From Spirochaetia bacterium (lineage in GTDB: Bacteria > Spirochaetota > Spirochaetia > SZUA-6 > Bin103), in contig OZ241863.1 in assembly GCA_965203055.1 (NCBI GenBank), forward strand, positions 1,248,001 through 1,312,000: DNA of 64,000 nt. Direction: 5' to 3'. This document shows, in pieces, positions 1 through 9,407 of the stretch. Numbering within the stretch: position 1 is the stretch's first letter; each line of letters starts with the position of its first letter. A program made the position numbers and the translations under genes. The notes under the pieces are model-generated. The model searched no databases. It had not been told where the DNA came from and saw only the letters and a list, made by a program, of their open reading frames with translations.

Positions 1-861
1 TCGACCAGGTCACGCGCGGCGCACCGAGCGTTGCGAACTGCCATCGACCAGGTTCCGCCCTCGGATCGCGAGCCCCTGGAGGCCGCGTTCGAGCAGTATG
101 ATCGGTTGCGAAACCAGGAAGCGGAAACCCTGCGCAAGGAGGTGCAGTTGTATCGGACGTTGAGTACGGCGGGCATCACCGCAGCGACCTTTGCGCACGA
201 GTCGAGCGGCAATCCGATCAAGGTGATAGGGCAGTCGGTCGAGGCGCTCGCGCGCCGCGCCAGCAAGATGCTGGGCGACCGGTACGAGTCAGAGTTGGGG
301 CGGCCGGTGACCGGCATTCGACGCGCCGTGAGCAGCCTTTCGGTTCTGGGAAACGCTACGCTGAAGCTGCTCGACCACGACAAACGGCGGTTGTCGAGAG
401 TCGATCTGCATGACGTCCTACGTGAGGTCGTCGGCACGTTCCGACCGTTTCTCGATGGAAGAAACGTGGCGACCGCGGTGTGTATGTGTTCAGGTAACCC
501 ATATGTCCGCGGCAGCCGGGCAGCGATCGAATCGATCGTCACCAATCTGCTCAACAACAGCCTCAGCGCGTTCGAAAGCGCCGGTACGATGGGGCGAAGG
601 ATCGAGCTTGCCACCTCGGTCGAAGATGGCCGCTGGCGGCTGGCAGTGTCCGACAACGGTCCGGGGATCACCGACATCAGTACGCGCGACATCTGGCTGC
701 CCGGCCGCACCACCCGCAGGAACGGCACCGGACTGGGACTGACGATCGTGCGGGATGCGGTCCGGGACCTCGACGGCGACGTCGATGCCCGCGAGCACGG
801 CGGCCTGGGCGGCGCCGAGATCATCGTAGAGATACCGATTCTGGAGGGCTTAGGTGAATAA
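1..861 (+). CDS. Sensor histidine kinase, C-terminal part (HisKA-like H-box + HATPase_c); 5' end outside window
   Basis: H-box TFAHES, N-box NLLNNS, G1 DNGPG, G2 GTGLGL; frame open from base 1. Confidence 0.9.
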   Translation, partial: STRSRAAHRALRTAIDQVPPSDREPLEAAFEQYDRLRNQEAETLRKEVQLYRTLSTAGITAATFAHESSGNPIKVIGQSVEALARRASKMLGDRYESELGRPVTGIRRAVSSLSVLGNATLKLLDHDKRRLSRVDLHDVLREVVGTFRPFLDGRNVATAVCMCSGNPYVRGSRAAIESIVTNLLNNSLSAFESAGTMGRRIELATSVEDGRWRLAVSDNGPGITDISTRDIWLPGRTTRRNGTGLGLTIVRDAVRDLDGDVDAREHGGLGGAEIIVEIPILEGLGE

Positions 862-1516
862 TTCGAGCAGCAGTGCGATCGAGAGCATTCTGGTCGTCGA
901 TGATGACGCCGAGACAAGAGAAGGACTCTGCTATTCGATTGAGGAATTGGAGATCACTCCGGTTCTGGAGGAGGGACCGATCAAGAACTTGGAGCAGTTC
1001 GTCAAACAAGTGCCGCGCCGAGCGCAGGCAGTACTGTGTGATTATCGACTGAAGACCTCCGGTACCTACTCCTCGTACGGCGGGGATGAGGTGGTTGCCG
1101 CGTGCTATCGGAGCGGCATTCCGGGTCTGCTGTGCACGCAGTACACCGACGTGGTCTTCGAAATGAATCGGCGTCTGCGCCGGTTCATTCCGTCTCTCCT
1201 CAACACGAGTTCGCCAAATCCTGACGACATTCTCGCATCACTAAGCGCCTGCCAGGAGGAACTCGCCGGTTCGATTCATCCAGCTCGGGAACCATGGCGC
1301 ACCCTGGTCCGGGTGCACGCCGGACCGACGGACGCGGGTTACTGTCACGTCATCGTGCCTGCCTGGAATGCCAACCAGGCGATCCGTCTCTATCTTGAGG
1401 ACCTTCCCGACATGATACGACCACGTATGACAACGGGTGCGCGATTGCACGCCAAGGTCAATATCGGCGCCGACAGTTTCGAAGAGGTGTACTTCGATGA
1501 GTGGGAGCCGGAATGA
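854..1516 (+). CDS. Atypical response-regulator receiver protein with uncharacterised beta-rich C-terminal domain
   Basis: ILVVDDD and LCDYRL receiver motifs; overlaps kinase stop; no HTH output domain. Confidence 0.75.
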   Translation: MNNSSSSAIESILVVDDDAETREGLCYSIEELEITPVLEEGPIKNLEQFVKQVPRRAQAVLCDYRLKTSGTYSSYGGDEVVAACYRSGIPGLLCTQYTDVVFEMNRRLRRFIPSLLNTSSPNPDDILASLSACQEELAGSIHPAREPWRTLVRVHAGPTDAGYCHVIVPAWNANQAIRLYLEDLPDMIRPRMTTGARLHAKVNIGADSFEEVYFDEWEPE

Positions 1517-2001
1517 ACGATTGCGCCGGGCGCCTGCGGGAGACGCTGGCCGTGCTGGACGTCGGACACGGCTCCAGCGCCGTCCTCTTTTCCGGGGACG
1601 ACGTGGCGGTCTTCGATACGGGACCCGGCTCCGGGCTGCTCCGTTTTCTCAAAGAGCAGAACGTCAATCGTATCAAGACCGTCTTCGTTTCGCATGCGGA
1701 CGTCGATCACATCGGTGGTTTGGTCGGTCTGCTGGCCGCGAACACCGTCACGGTCGAACGGGTCGTCTTCAACACCGACAGCTCGCAAAGATCCGCTAAG
1801 TGGGACGATCTGACTCACGAACTCGATGCTCGGCATCGGGCCGGAAAGACCAAGGTCAAAACCACGATCTGCGAAGGTGACAGCGAAGTATTCGGGATGG
1901 TGACCGCAACCGCGGCCGGCCCGAGCCAGATTACGCCAGCGTCTGCCGGTCACTTGGCGTTCATCGACCGCGCGGCTGAGTCACCGCTATGCAGGGTATG
2001 A
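1513..2001 (+). pseudogene. ComEC/Rec2-like MBL-fold metallo-hydrolase, apparently C-terminally truncated
   Basis: LDVGHG, FDTG, SHADVDHIGG motifs; ATGA coupling to receiver gene; only ~160 aa and lacks the later HHG motif. Confidence 0.7.
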
Positions 2002-2687
2002 AGGCGTCTGCGATGGAGGCGGTTTTCGCGGCGGCCGCGCGGCTGCAGGAGCTGGTGCCGGATGCCGTGTTGGTCGGCGGTACCGCGGCGGTCCACCACG
2101 CCGGCCACCGCGTGTCACTAGACCACGATCATGTCGTAGCCGACTTGCGCGGGCGGTTCGATGACGTGCTCGCCGCTCTGGAGGAGACCAGTGGCTGGGT
2201 CACCGCGCGCATGCGGCGGCCCGTACTGATTCTGGGAAAGCTGGATGGGGTCGAGACCGGGGTTCGGAATCTGATCCGCCGGATGCCGCTGGAGGTGGAA
2301 CTGGTCGTCGTCGGAAACCGCCGCCTGCGGGTGCCGACGCTGGCTGAGATTACGCGCATCAAGGCATGGCTGTGTCTGATTCGCAATGCCACGCGCGACT
2401 ACCTCGACTTCGTCGCGTTGGCGGACCGGCTCGGAGCAGGGGAGGCCGCCGCGGTGGTCGGGGGCATGGATCGCTATTACGCCGATCAGCTCGGCGCCGG
2501 CGGCCGGCGGGTCGCCGCGCAGGTGGCGCGGCAGTTGGCGGAGCCGCGGCCCGACGACCTCGGTGAGATCGATCTGCTCTCCTATCGGGGGCTCGATCGG
2601 CGCTGGCGCGACTGGCAGGCGGTGATTGATGGGTGCCGGCGGGTTGCCGTGCGCGTCCTCGACGCATTGGCGGAGGAAGGGGAGTGA
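1998..2687 (+). CDS. AbiEii/AbiGii-like nucleotidyltransferase (putative toxin)
   Basis: LVGGTA..H..HRVSLDHD and K...RNATRDYLD motifs. Confidence 0.7.
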   Translation: MKASAMEAVFAAAARLQELVPDAVLVGGTAAVHHAGHRVSLDHDHVVADLRGRFDDVLAALEETSGWVTARMRRPVLILGKLDGVETGVRNLIRRMPLEVELVVVGNRRLRVPTLAEITRIKAWLCLIRNATRDYLDFVALADRLGAGEAAAVVGGMDRYYADQLGAGGRRVAAQVARQLAEPRPDDLGEIDLLSYRGLDRRWRDWQAVIDGCRRVAVRVLDALAEEGE

Positions 2688-2953
2688 TCCATCGACACCT
2701 GGAGACGGCAGACACAGCGCCGCCGGAGCGGCAACCGCTGGCCGCTGTCGTCGATCTCCTGCAGCGCGGTGACCTGGATGACTGGCGGCCCATCGCCCGG
2801 GCGGTCAAGCGCGACCCGCATGGGCAGTTCGCGGATCGGGTGCTGCGCCTGCTCGATGCCTACCCGATCTATGGGACCTCGGCGCTGTGGCGCGCCTGGA
2901 TCGACCACTGCCGCCAAGCTGGTCGGCCGCGCCGCGCCGGCGCGGTAGAGTGA
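2684..2953 (+). CDS. Small protein coupled to the nucleotidyltransferase (putative antitoxin)
   Basis: GTGA overlap with upstream stop, purine-rich RBS; LLQRGDLDDWRPIARAVKRDPHG. Confidence 0.55.
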   Translation: MIHRHLETADTAPPERQPLAAVVDLLQRGDLDDWRPIARAVKRDPHGQFADRVLRLLDAYPIYGTSALWRAWIDHCRQAGRPRRAGAVE

Positions 2954-3004
2954 GCGGCGTGCGCGGGGGTCAGGCCACTGACCGGCGCGCGCGGAGGAGG
3001 GGAG

Positions 3005-4285
3005 ATGCCGCAACTGCACCGTATAGTGCTGGCCGGCTGCGGCGGCATGGGGCGCCGCCACCTGCGCAGTTACCGGGTGCTCGGCGAGGCCGAGCCGGGG
3101 CGCGCGGAGCTGGCCGCAGTGGTCGATCCCGAGCTGGAACGCGCCGAGTTCGTCGCCGCCGAGGCGGAACGACTGCTGGGGCGCCGGCCGGCGCCGTTCG
3201 GTTCTCTGGAAGAAGCGGCCGCGGCGGTGCCGGAGCTGGACGTGGCGGACATCGTGGCCGCCCCGTCGGCGCATCACCGCCTCACGCAGGCGGCCGCGGC
3301 GGCGGGCATGCACGTGCTGTGCGAGAAGCCGATGGCGCCCACGGTGGCCGCCTGCCGCGCCATGCAGCGCGCCGCCGCGCAGGCCGGGCGCGTGCTGTCG
3401 ATCGCCGAGAACTACCGCCGCGACCCGCTCAGCCGGCTGGCGCGCGCCCTGGTCGCCGGCGGCGCGATCGGCGAGCTGCGTTCGCTGCTGGACCTCTCCG
3501 GCAGCGGCGGCAACCGGGGCCACGCCGGAGCGTGGCGCTACCTGCGCGCCGAAGGCGGCCCCATCCTCGAAGCCGGCGTGCACAACGCCGACCTGCAGCA
3601 GTACCTGGCCGGGCCGGCCATCCGGGTGAGCGCGCAGGTGCGCCTGCACGAGGCGCGGCGGGTCTACCGCGGCGTCCCGCTCAAGGCGTTCCACGACCAT
3701 TACGCCCACCGCAACCCGGCGGTGGCCCCGGCCGACGCGCCCGACCTGCTGCTGGCTGCCGTCGAACATGCCGGCGGCGCGCTGGGCCAATGGCGCTACG
3801 ACCACTCGGTGCACGGCCCCGGCCTGAGCCGCTTCACCCTGTTCGGCAGCGAGGGGCAGATCGACCTGCCGGGGGTGCGCAACGGCCGCCCGCTGCAGGT
3901 GTTCCGCGACGACCACGCCGGCGCGCTCTCCGACGCCGCGGTGCTGGCGCTGGTGCCCGACTTCGCGCTGGACGAGCGCACCGCGCGCCTGTTCGGCGGC
4001 GCGCGGCTGGCGCGCTACGCCAACGCCGGCCCCGGCCTGGGCGGCGGCGCGGACCTGAAGCTGCTGGCGCTGGAGCTGGCCGAGCTGCTGGACGCCGCCG
4101 ACGGCGGGCCGCCGGTGGAGGTGGGCCCGGAAGTGGGCCTGGCCGCGGCCGCGCTGGTGCTCGCCTGCCACGAGTCGTCCGCCGCCGGCCGCCCGGTCAC
4201 GCTCGCGGAGGTGATCGACGGCACCCTGGACGCCTACCAGCGCCCCGCGAACGAGGCGTTGCGCACGGTGCCGCCGCCGCCGTGA
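3005..4285 (+). CDS. Gfo/Idh/MocA family oxidoreductase
   Basis: GCGGMG, HVLCEKPMA, AENYRR motifs; GGAGG RBS. Confidence 0.9.
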   Translation: MPQLHRIVLAGCGGMGRRHLRSYRVLGEAEPGRAELAAVVDPELERAEFVAAEAERLLGRRPAPFGSLEEAAAAVPELDVADIVAAPSAHHRLTQAAAAAGMHVLCEKPMAPTVAACRAMQRAAAQAGRVLSIAENYRRDPLSRLARALVAGGAIGELRSLLDLSGSGGNRGHAGAWRYLRAEGGPILEAGVHNADLQQYLAGPAIRVSAQVRLHEARRVYRGVPLKAFHDHYAHRNPAVAPADAPDLLLAAVEHAGGALGQWRYDHSVHGPGLSRFTLFGSEGQIDLPGVRNGRPLQVFRDDHAGALSDAAVLALVPDFALDERTARLFGGARLARYANAGPGLGGGADLKLLALELAELLDAADGGPPVEVGPEVGLAAAALVLACHESSAAGRPVTLAEVIDGTLDAYQRPANEALRTVPPPP

Positions 4286-4434
4286 ACTCCCGCGCCGCCC
4301 GCCTCCTGCCCGCCGCGGACCCTGCCGCTCGACCCCGGCGACATTCTCGGCAGTAGCATCTGACGGAACGTCCAGCCGTTTGGAAACGCGCCGCCGAGTC
4401 ACGCCCGCAGGTGGCATATTCCGGGCCGGATAAC

Positions 4435-4463
4435 TTGACTCAAGTAGTTTCCATGATTATACT
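4435..4463 (+). promoter_or_regulatory. Sigma70-type promoter of the HNH gene (probably leaderless)
   Basis: TTGACT-17 nt-TATACT ending 6 nt before ATG 4470; identical at 35491-35519. Confidence 0.8.
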
Positions 4464-4469
4464 TATGTC

Positions 4470-5829
4470 ATGTACAATCATGCCTCCGACGAGGCCGTAA
4501 CCACTACCGTATCCGCCCTCTCAGACGACCGCTTGCTGGAGCGGACCAAGGAACTTTCCGGCGTCGAACACCATCTCGAAGTGGTCGTCATCGACCACCT
4601 GCGCGAGATTCAGAAGCGCCGCCTGTATCTGCGGAGCGGGTTCTCGAGCCTGTTCGATTACGCGGTGCGCGAACTGGGTTACAGCGACGCCGCGGCGTGG
4701 CGGCGCATCAAGGCGATGCGGCTCTGCGCGGAGGTCGAAGGCGTGCGCGAGCGCCTGCAGGATGGCACGATGACGCTCAACGCGGCGGCGCAGTTGCAGC
4801 ATGCCTTCGACCGGCAGGAGCGCAAGAAGGAACGGGCTGCGCGCAGCGCGCCGCGCGGGGCCGGGTTCGGGGCTGCCGCTCAGTCGCAGGAGGGCGCGGC
4901 GCCGCCGCGGCCGGCGGAGCGGAAGCCGGCGCCGGTGCTGGATCCGGAGGCGCGGCGGGAGCTGGTGGAGCAGGCGTCCGGCAAAGAGCAGCCGGGAGGT
5001 GATGCAGTTGCTGGCCGAGGTGGACCCGGAGCTGGCGGCGCCAGCGGACCGGGTGCGGCCTTTGGGCGGCGGGCGCTGGGAACTCAAGGCGGTGATCGAC
5101 GATGAGTGCCGGCGCGGCTTGGAGCGGCTCAAGGGCCTCCTGTCCCACGTCGACCCGCACCTGACGATGGGGCAGTTCATGGGGCGGCTGGTGCGGGAAG
5201 GGCTCGACCGCCACGACCCGGCCCGGCCGCCGCGCGGGCGGCGCGCCGCGCCGGCCAAAGGCGCCGAGCAAACTTCGGCGCCGAAGACGCCGGCGGCCTC
5301 GACTCGCGGCGCTGCCTCGGCAGCGAAGCAGGAGGCCGGCGCGGACCGCGCCGCTCCTTCGGCGGCGAAGGTATCGGCTCAGGCGGCGGCGGAGCCGGGA
5401 GACGAAGCCGCTGACCGCCCGGACACTTCGGCAGCGAAGCCGGCGACCGACGCCACTTCGGCGCCGAAGACGCGGCGCCCCCGCCGTCAGGCTGCGACGG
5501 CGGGCGCGGCGCGGGCTGCGCCGCCGGCGCGGACCGAAACTTCGGAAGCGAAGGCCGGCGGCGTGATTGGCCGCGCCATCCCGGCGGCGGTCAAGCGCGA
5601 GGTCTGGCGGCGCGACCGCGGCCGCTGCCGCTACGTGGACCGCACCAGCGGGCGCCGCTGCGGCTCCCAACACCTGCTGCAGATCGATCACGTGGTGCCG
5701 TTTGCCTGCGGCGGCGCCGCCGAGCCGAACAATCTCCGGCTGCTGTGCGCCGCCCATCACCGCTACCGCCACGCCGGCGCCGGATTCGGGCGCCCCGGCG
5801 AGGATCGGCAGGCGCCGGTAGACCGGTGA
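4470..5829 (+). pseudogene. HNH endonuclease with DUF222-like helical N-terminus; +1 frameshift near 4984
   Basis: HLREIQKRRLYL..GFSSLFDYAVRELGYS N-terminus; C-terminal RDRGRC..C..LQIDHVVP..GG..NNLRLLCAAHH; GCAAAGAGC here vs GCAAGAGC in copy 2. Confidence 0.8.
5273..5553. repeat. Six 14-bp quasi-palindromes CTTCGGCNNCGAAG in the HNH linker
   Basis: Copies start at 5273, 5315, 5357, 5426, 5456, 5540; CTTCGGCGCCGAAG is a perfect palindrome. Confidence 0.85.
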
Positions 5830-5941
5830 TCAAGATCGCCGAGAAACGATCATCTTACACTGCGGCTGGGACTGGGTTTGGCCGCCAAGCGGCCTGACGC
5901 TTACCTGCATTTTTGGAATGCGCGCCCGCCGCGGGCGCGCT

Positions 5942-5970
5942 TTGACGCGGCGGCGGGCGCCGGTTATGAT
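5942..5970 (+). promoter_or_regulatory. Sigma70-type promoter of the cox-like operon
   Basis: TTGACG-17 nt-TATGAT. Confidence 0.65.
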
Positions 5971-5993
5971 CGGAGGCGCGTGGTGCCGGGTTG

Positions 5994-6512
5994 ATGCATC
6001 TGGAAGGCGAACACACCTTTTCCGCCAGTCAAGGGCTGCTCTGGGAGCAGTTGAACGACGCCGGCGTGTTGGCCCGCGTCACGCCCGGGCTGCAGGAGCT
6101 GCAAGCCGGGGAGCAGGAGCCGGACGCCTACCGCGCCCTGTTCGCCATCAAGATGGGGCCGATCAACAGCACCTTCAGCGGCACCTTGCGGGTGGTGGAC
6201 CGGGCCGCGCCGGAGCGCTTCCGGCTGCTGATCGACGTCGCCGGCAAGGTGGGTACGGTGGATGCCGAAGCCACCGTCACCGCGCTGCCTGCGCCCGGCG
6301 CCGGCGGGGAGGAGCGGACCCGGGTGACCTTCGCCGCGGACGCCCGCCTCACCGGGTTGCTGGTGCGCATGGGCCAGCGCGTCCTCAGCGGCGTCGGGCG
6401 CCTGCTCACCAGGCAGTTCTTTCAGGCATTGGAGCGGGAACTCAAGGACGTTGCGCCGCAACCGGCGGCGCCACTACAGGAGCTACGGGAGCTACAGGAG
6501 GGGGATTCATGA
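5994..6512 (+). CDS. coxG: CoxG / SRPBCC family protein
   Basis: [30 protein letters not shown] pattern; first gene of the cox cluster. Confidence 0.8.
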   Translation: MHLEGEHTFSASQGLLWEQLNDAGVLARVTPGLQELQAGEQEPDAYRALFAIKMGPINSTFSGTLRVVDRAAPERFRLLIDVAGKVGTVDAEATVTALPAPGAGGEERTRVTFAADARLTGLLVRMGQRVLSGVGRLLTRQFFQALERELKDVAPQPAAPLQELRELQEGDS

Positions 6513-6976
6513 GCGTGTCGATCAGCGTCACCGTCAACGGGCGGCGCTACCGCGAAGAGGTGGAGCCGCGGCTGTTGCTGGCGGACTTCCTGCGCGAGGT
6601 CCTGGGGCTGACGGGAACTCACGTCGGCTGCGATACCAGCGGCTGCGGCGCCTGCACCATCATCGTCGACGACAAGGCGGTGAAGAGCTGCACCCTGCTG
6701 GCGGTGCAGGCGGACGGCGCCAACGTCACCACCATCGAGGGGCTGGCGGACAACGGCGAACTGCACCCGCTGCAGCAGGGCTTCCACGAGGAGCACGGCC
6801 TGCAGTGCGGGTTCTGCACGCCGGGCATGATCATGGCTGCCTGGCAGCTCCTGGAGCGCAACCCGGCGCCGAGCGACGCGGAGATTCGCCATGCCCTGGA
6901 GGGCAACTTCTGCCGGTGCACCGGGTATGAGAATATCGTTCGGTCGGTGCGCCGCGCGGCCGGCGCGCAGGCGTAG
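6509..6976 (+). CDS. coxS: Molybdenum hydroxylase small (2Fe-2S) subunit
   Basis: [31 protein letters not shown] overlap with coxG. Confidence 0.93.
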   Translation: MSVSISVTVNGRRYREEVEPRLLLADFLREVLGLTGTHVGCDTSGCGACTIIVDDKAVKSCTLLAVQADGANVTTIEGLADNGELHPLQQGFHEEHGLQCGFCTPGMIMAAWQLLERNPAPSDAEIRHALEGNFCRCTGYENIVRSVRRAAGAQA

Positions 6977-6992
6977 CGGGAGGTATCTTCAG

Positions 6993-9377
6993 ATGGCAAA
7001 GTACATTGGCCAGGCGGTCAAGCGAGTCGAAGATCAGCGGTTCCTGACCGGCAAGGCGCGCTATACCGACGACATCAAGCTGCCGGGCATGACCTGGGCA
7101 GCAATCGTGCGCAGCCCGCACGCCCACGCCACCCTTGACCGGGTGGATACTTCGGCGGCGCTGGCGGCGCCGGGCGTGGTGGCGGCCTACACCGGCCAGG
7201 ACCTGGAAGCGGCCGGGGTCGGCGGCCTGCCGTGCGGCTGGCAGGTGGACTTCAAGAACGGCGACACCATGAAGGAGCCGCTGCACCCGGTACTGGCGGC
7301 GGGCAAGGCGCGCCACGTGGGCGACCCGGTGGCGATCGTAATCGCCGAGACCAAACATCAGGCCCGCGACGCGGCCGAGCTGGTGGAGGTGGACTACGGA
7401 GTACTGCCGGCGGCCGTCGACATGCTCGCGGCCACCGCCGACGGTGCCCCCCTGGTGCACGCCGACGTACCGCGCAACGTCCCGTTCGACTGGGGCCTCG
7501 GCGACAAGGAGGCAGCCGCCGCGGCGTTGGCCGGCGCGGACCACGTCACCACGCTGCAAATCACCAATCAGCGGCTGGTCCCCAACGCCATCGAGCCGCG
7601 CTGCGCGATCGGCGATTACGACGCGGCGCGCGATCATTACACCCTGTACACCTCGTCGCAGAATCCGCACGTGATCCGGCTGCTGCTCACCGCCTTCGTG
7701 CTCGGATTGCCGGAACACAAGGTGCGGGTGATCTCCCCCGACGTCGGCGGCGGCTTCGGCAGCAAGATCTTTCACTACGCCGAAGAGGTGCTGGCGATCT
7801 GGTGTTCGCGGCAGCTCGGGCGCCCGGTGAAGTGGACCGCGGAGCGTAGCGAGAGCTTCATCTCGGACGCGCAGGGGCGCGACCACGTCACCACGGCGCG
7901 GCTGGGGCTGGACGCCGAGGGCAGCTTCGTCGGCCTGGAGGTCACCACGCACGCCAACCTGGGCGCCTACCTGTCCACCTTCTCCACCTGCGTGCCCACC
8001 TATCTCTACGGCACCCTGCTGCAGGGGCTGTACACCACCCCGGCGATCTACGTCGACGTCACCGGGGTGTTCACCAACACCGTGCCGGTGGACGCGCTGC
8101 GTGGCGCCGGGCGGCCCGAGGCCACCTACCTGCTGGAACGGCTGGTGGATACCGCGGCGCACGAACTGGGCCTCGATCCCGCGGCGCTGCGCCGCAAGAA
8201 CTTCATCCCGCCGTTCGACGGCAGCGAGGAGCAGCCCGGCTACCAGACCCAGGTCGCCCTGCAGTACGACAGCGGCAACTACCAGGGCGTGCTGGACCGG
8301 GCCCTGGAAATGGTGGGCTACCAGGAGTTCCGGCAGGAGCAGCAGGCGGCGCGCGCGGCCGGCCGCCTGCTCGGCATCGGCTTCTCCACCTACATCGAGG
8401 CGTGCGGCATCGCGCCCTCGGCGGTGGTCGGCTCGCTCGGCGCCCGCGCCGGTCTGTTCGAGAGCGCCATCGTGCGCGTGCAACCGACCGGGAAGGTTTC
8501 GGTGTTCGTCGGCAGCCACACCCACGGGCAGGGGCACGAGACCACCTTCGCCCAGGTGGTGGCGGATCATCTGGGGATCCCGATGGAGGACGTCGACATC
8601 ATCCACGGCGACACCGAGTCGGTGCCGTTCGGCATGGGCACCTACGGTTCGCGCAGCCTGGCGGTCGGCGGCAGCGCCATCGTGCGCAGCCTCGAAAAGG
8701 TCAAGAAGAAGGGCGCGCGGATCGCCGCGCACCTGCTGGAGGCGGCCGCGGAGGACCTGGAGTACGCCGGCGGCAAGTGGACGGTACGCGGCACCGATCA
8801 GTCGGTGGCCTTCGGCGACGTGGCGCTGACCGCCTACGTGCCCCACAACTATCCCGAGGGCCTGGAACCGGGGCTGGACTTCACCAGCTTCTACGACCCG
8901 GCCAACTTCACCTTTCCGTTCGGCGCGCACCTCTGCATCGTCGAAGTGTGCGCGGAAACCGGCCAAGTGACGCTGCGGCGCTTCATCGCCGTCGACGACG
9001 TGGGCAACGTGGTGAATCCGCAGATCGTCGACGGCCAGGTGCACGGCGGGGTGTGCCACGGCATCGGCCAGGCGCTGCTGGAGGGGGCGATCTACGACGC
9101 CGACGGCCAGCTCGTCAACGGCTCCTACATGGACTACGCCCTGCCGCGCGCGGACGACCTGCCGGCGTTCGAGCTGGATCGCACCGTGACCCCGTGCCCC
9201 CACAACGCGTTGGGGGTGAAGGGCGCCGGCGAGGCCGGCACCATCGGCGCGACGCCGGCCGTGGTCAATGCCGCGGTCGACGCCCTGTGGCATCTCGGGG
9301 TGCGGGATCTGGACATGCCGCTCACCCCGCAGCGGGTGTGGCAGGCGATTCAGCGGGCCGCGAGCAGCGGGAGCTGA
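6993..9377 (+). CDS. coxL: Xanthine dehydrogenase family molybdopterin subunit (form II CoxL-like)
   Basis: GGGFGSK, ALRGAGRPEA, HGQGHET, GTYGSRS, KGAGEAG motifs. Confidence 0.9.
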   Translation: MAKYIGQAVKRVEDQRFLTGKARYTDDIKLPGMTWAAIVRSPHAHATLDRVDTSAALAAPGVVAAYTGQDLEAAGVGGLPCGWQVDFKNGDTMKEPLHPVLAAGKARHVGDPVAIVIAETKHQARDAAELVEVDYGVLPAAVDMLAATADGAPLVHADVPRNVPFDWGLGDKEAAAAALAGADHVTTLQITNQRLVPNAIEPRCAIGDYDAARDHYTLYTSSQNPHVIRLLLTAFVLGLPEHKVRVISPDVGGGFGSKIFHYAEEVLAIWCSRQLGRPVKWTAERSESFISDAQGRDHVTTARLGLDAEGSFVGLEVTTHANLGAYLSTFSTCVPTYLYGTLLQGLYTTPAIYVDVTGVFTNTVPVDALRGAGRPEATYLLERLVDTAAHELGLDPAALRRKNFIPPFDGSEEQPGYQTQVALQYDSGNYQGVLDRALEMVGYQEFRQEQQAARAAGRLLGIGFSTYIEACGIAPSAVVGSLGARAGLFESAIVRVQPTGKVSVFVGSHTHGQGHETTFAQVVADHLGIPMEDVDIIHGDTESVPFGMGTYGSRSLAVGGSAIVRSLEKVKKKGARIAAHLLEAAAEDLEYAGGKWTVRGTDQSVAFGDVALTAYVPHNYPEGLEPGLDFTSFYDPANFTFPFGAHLCIVEVCAETGQVTLRRFIAVDDVGNVVNPQIVDGQVHGGVCHGIGQALLEGAIYDADGQLVNGSYMDYALPRADDLPAFELDRTVTPCPHNALGVKGAGEAGTIGATPAVVNAAVDALWHLGVRDLDMPLTPQRVWQAIQRAASSGS

Positions 9378-9407
9378 CCTGAGCGGAGATTGAGAGAGGA
9401 GATTGAC

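Larger units (their letters stand above)
4376..5923 (+). mobile_element. Repeated HNH-endonuclease element, copy 1
   Basis: Highly similar to 35433-36908 including ~95 nt of upstream non-coding DNA; fragments at ~24530-24757 and ~44597-44950. Confidence 0.7.

Noticed and set aside
5273..5553. Palindrome array as a CRISPR array
   Set aside because: Repeats are only 14 bp, spacing is irregular, spacers are shared between copies, the array is in coding frame, and no cas genes are present.
6474..6500. 9-bp repeat x3 at the coxG 3' end
   Set aside because: In-frame, short, in a variable tail; probably neutral slippage.
6993..9377. Bona fide form I CO dehydrogenase
   Set aside because: Lacks the AYxCSFR motif and the M-S-L order.
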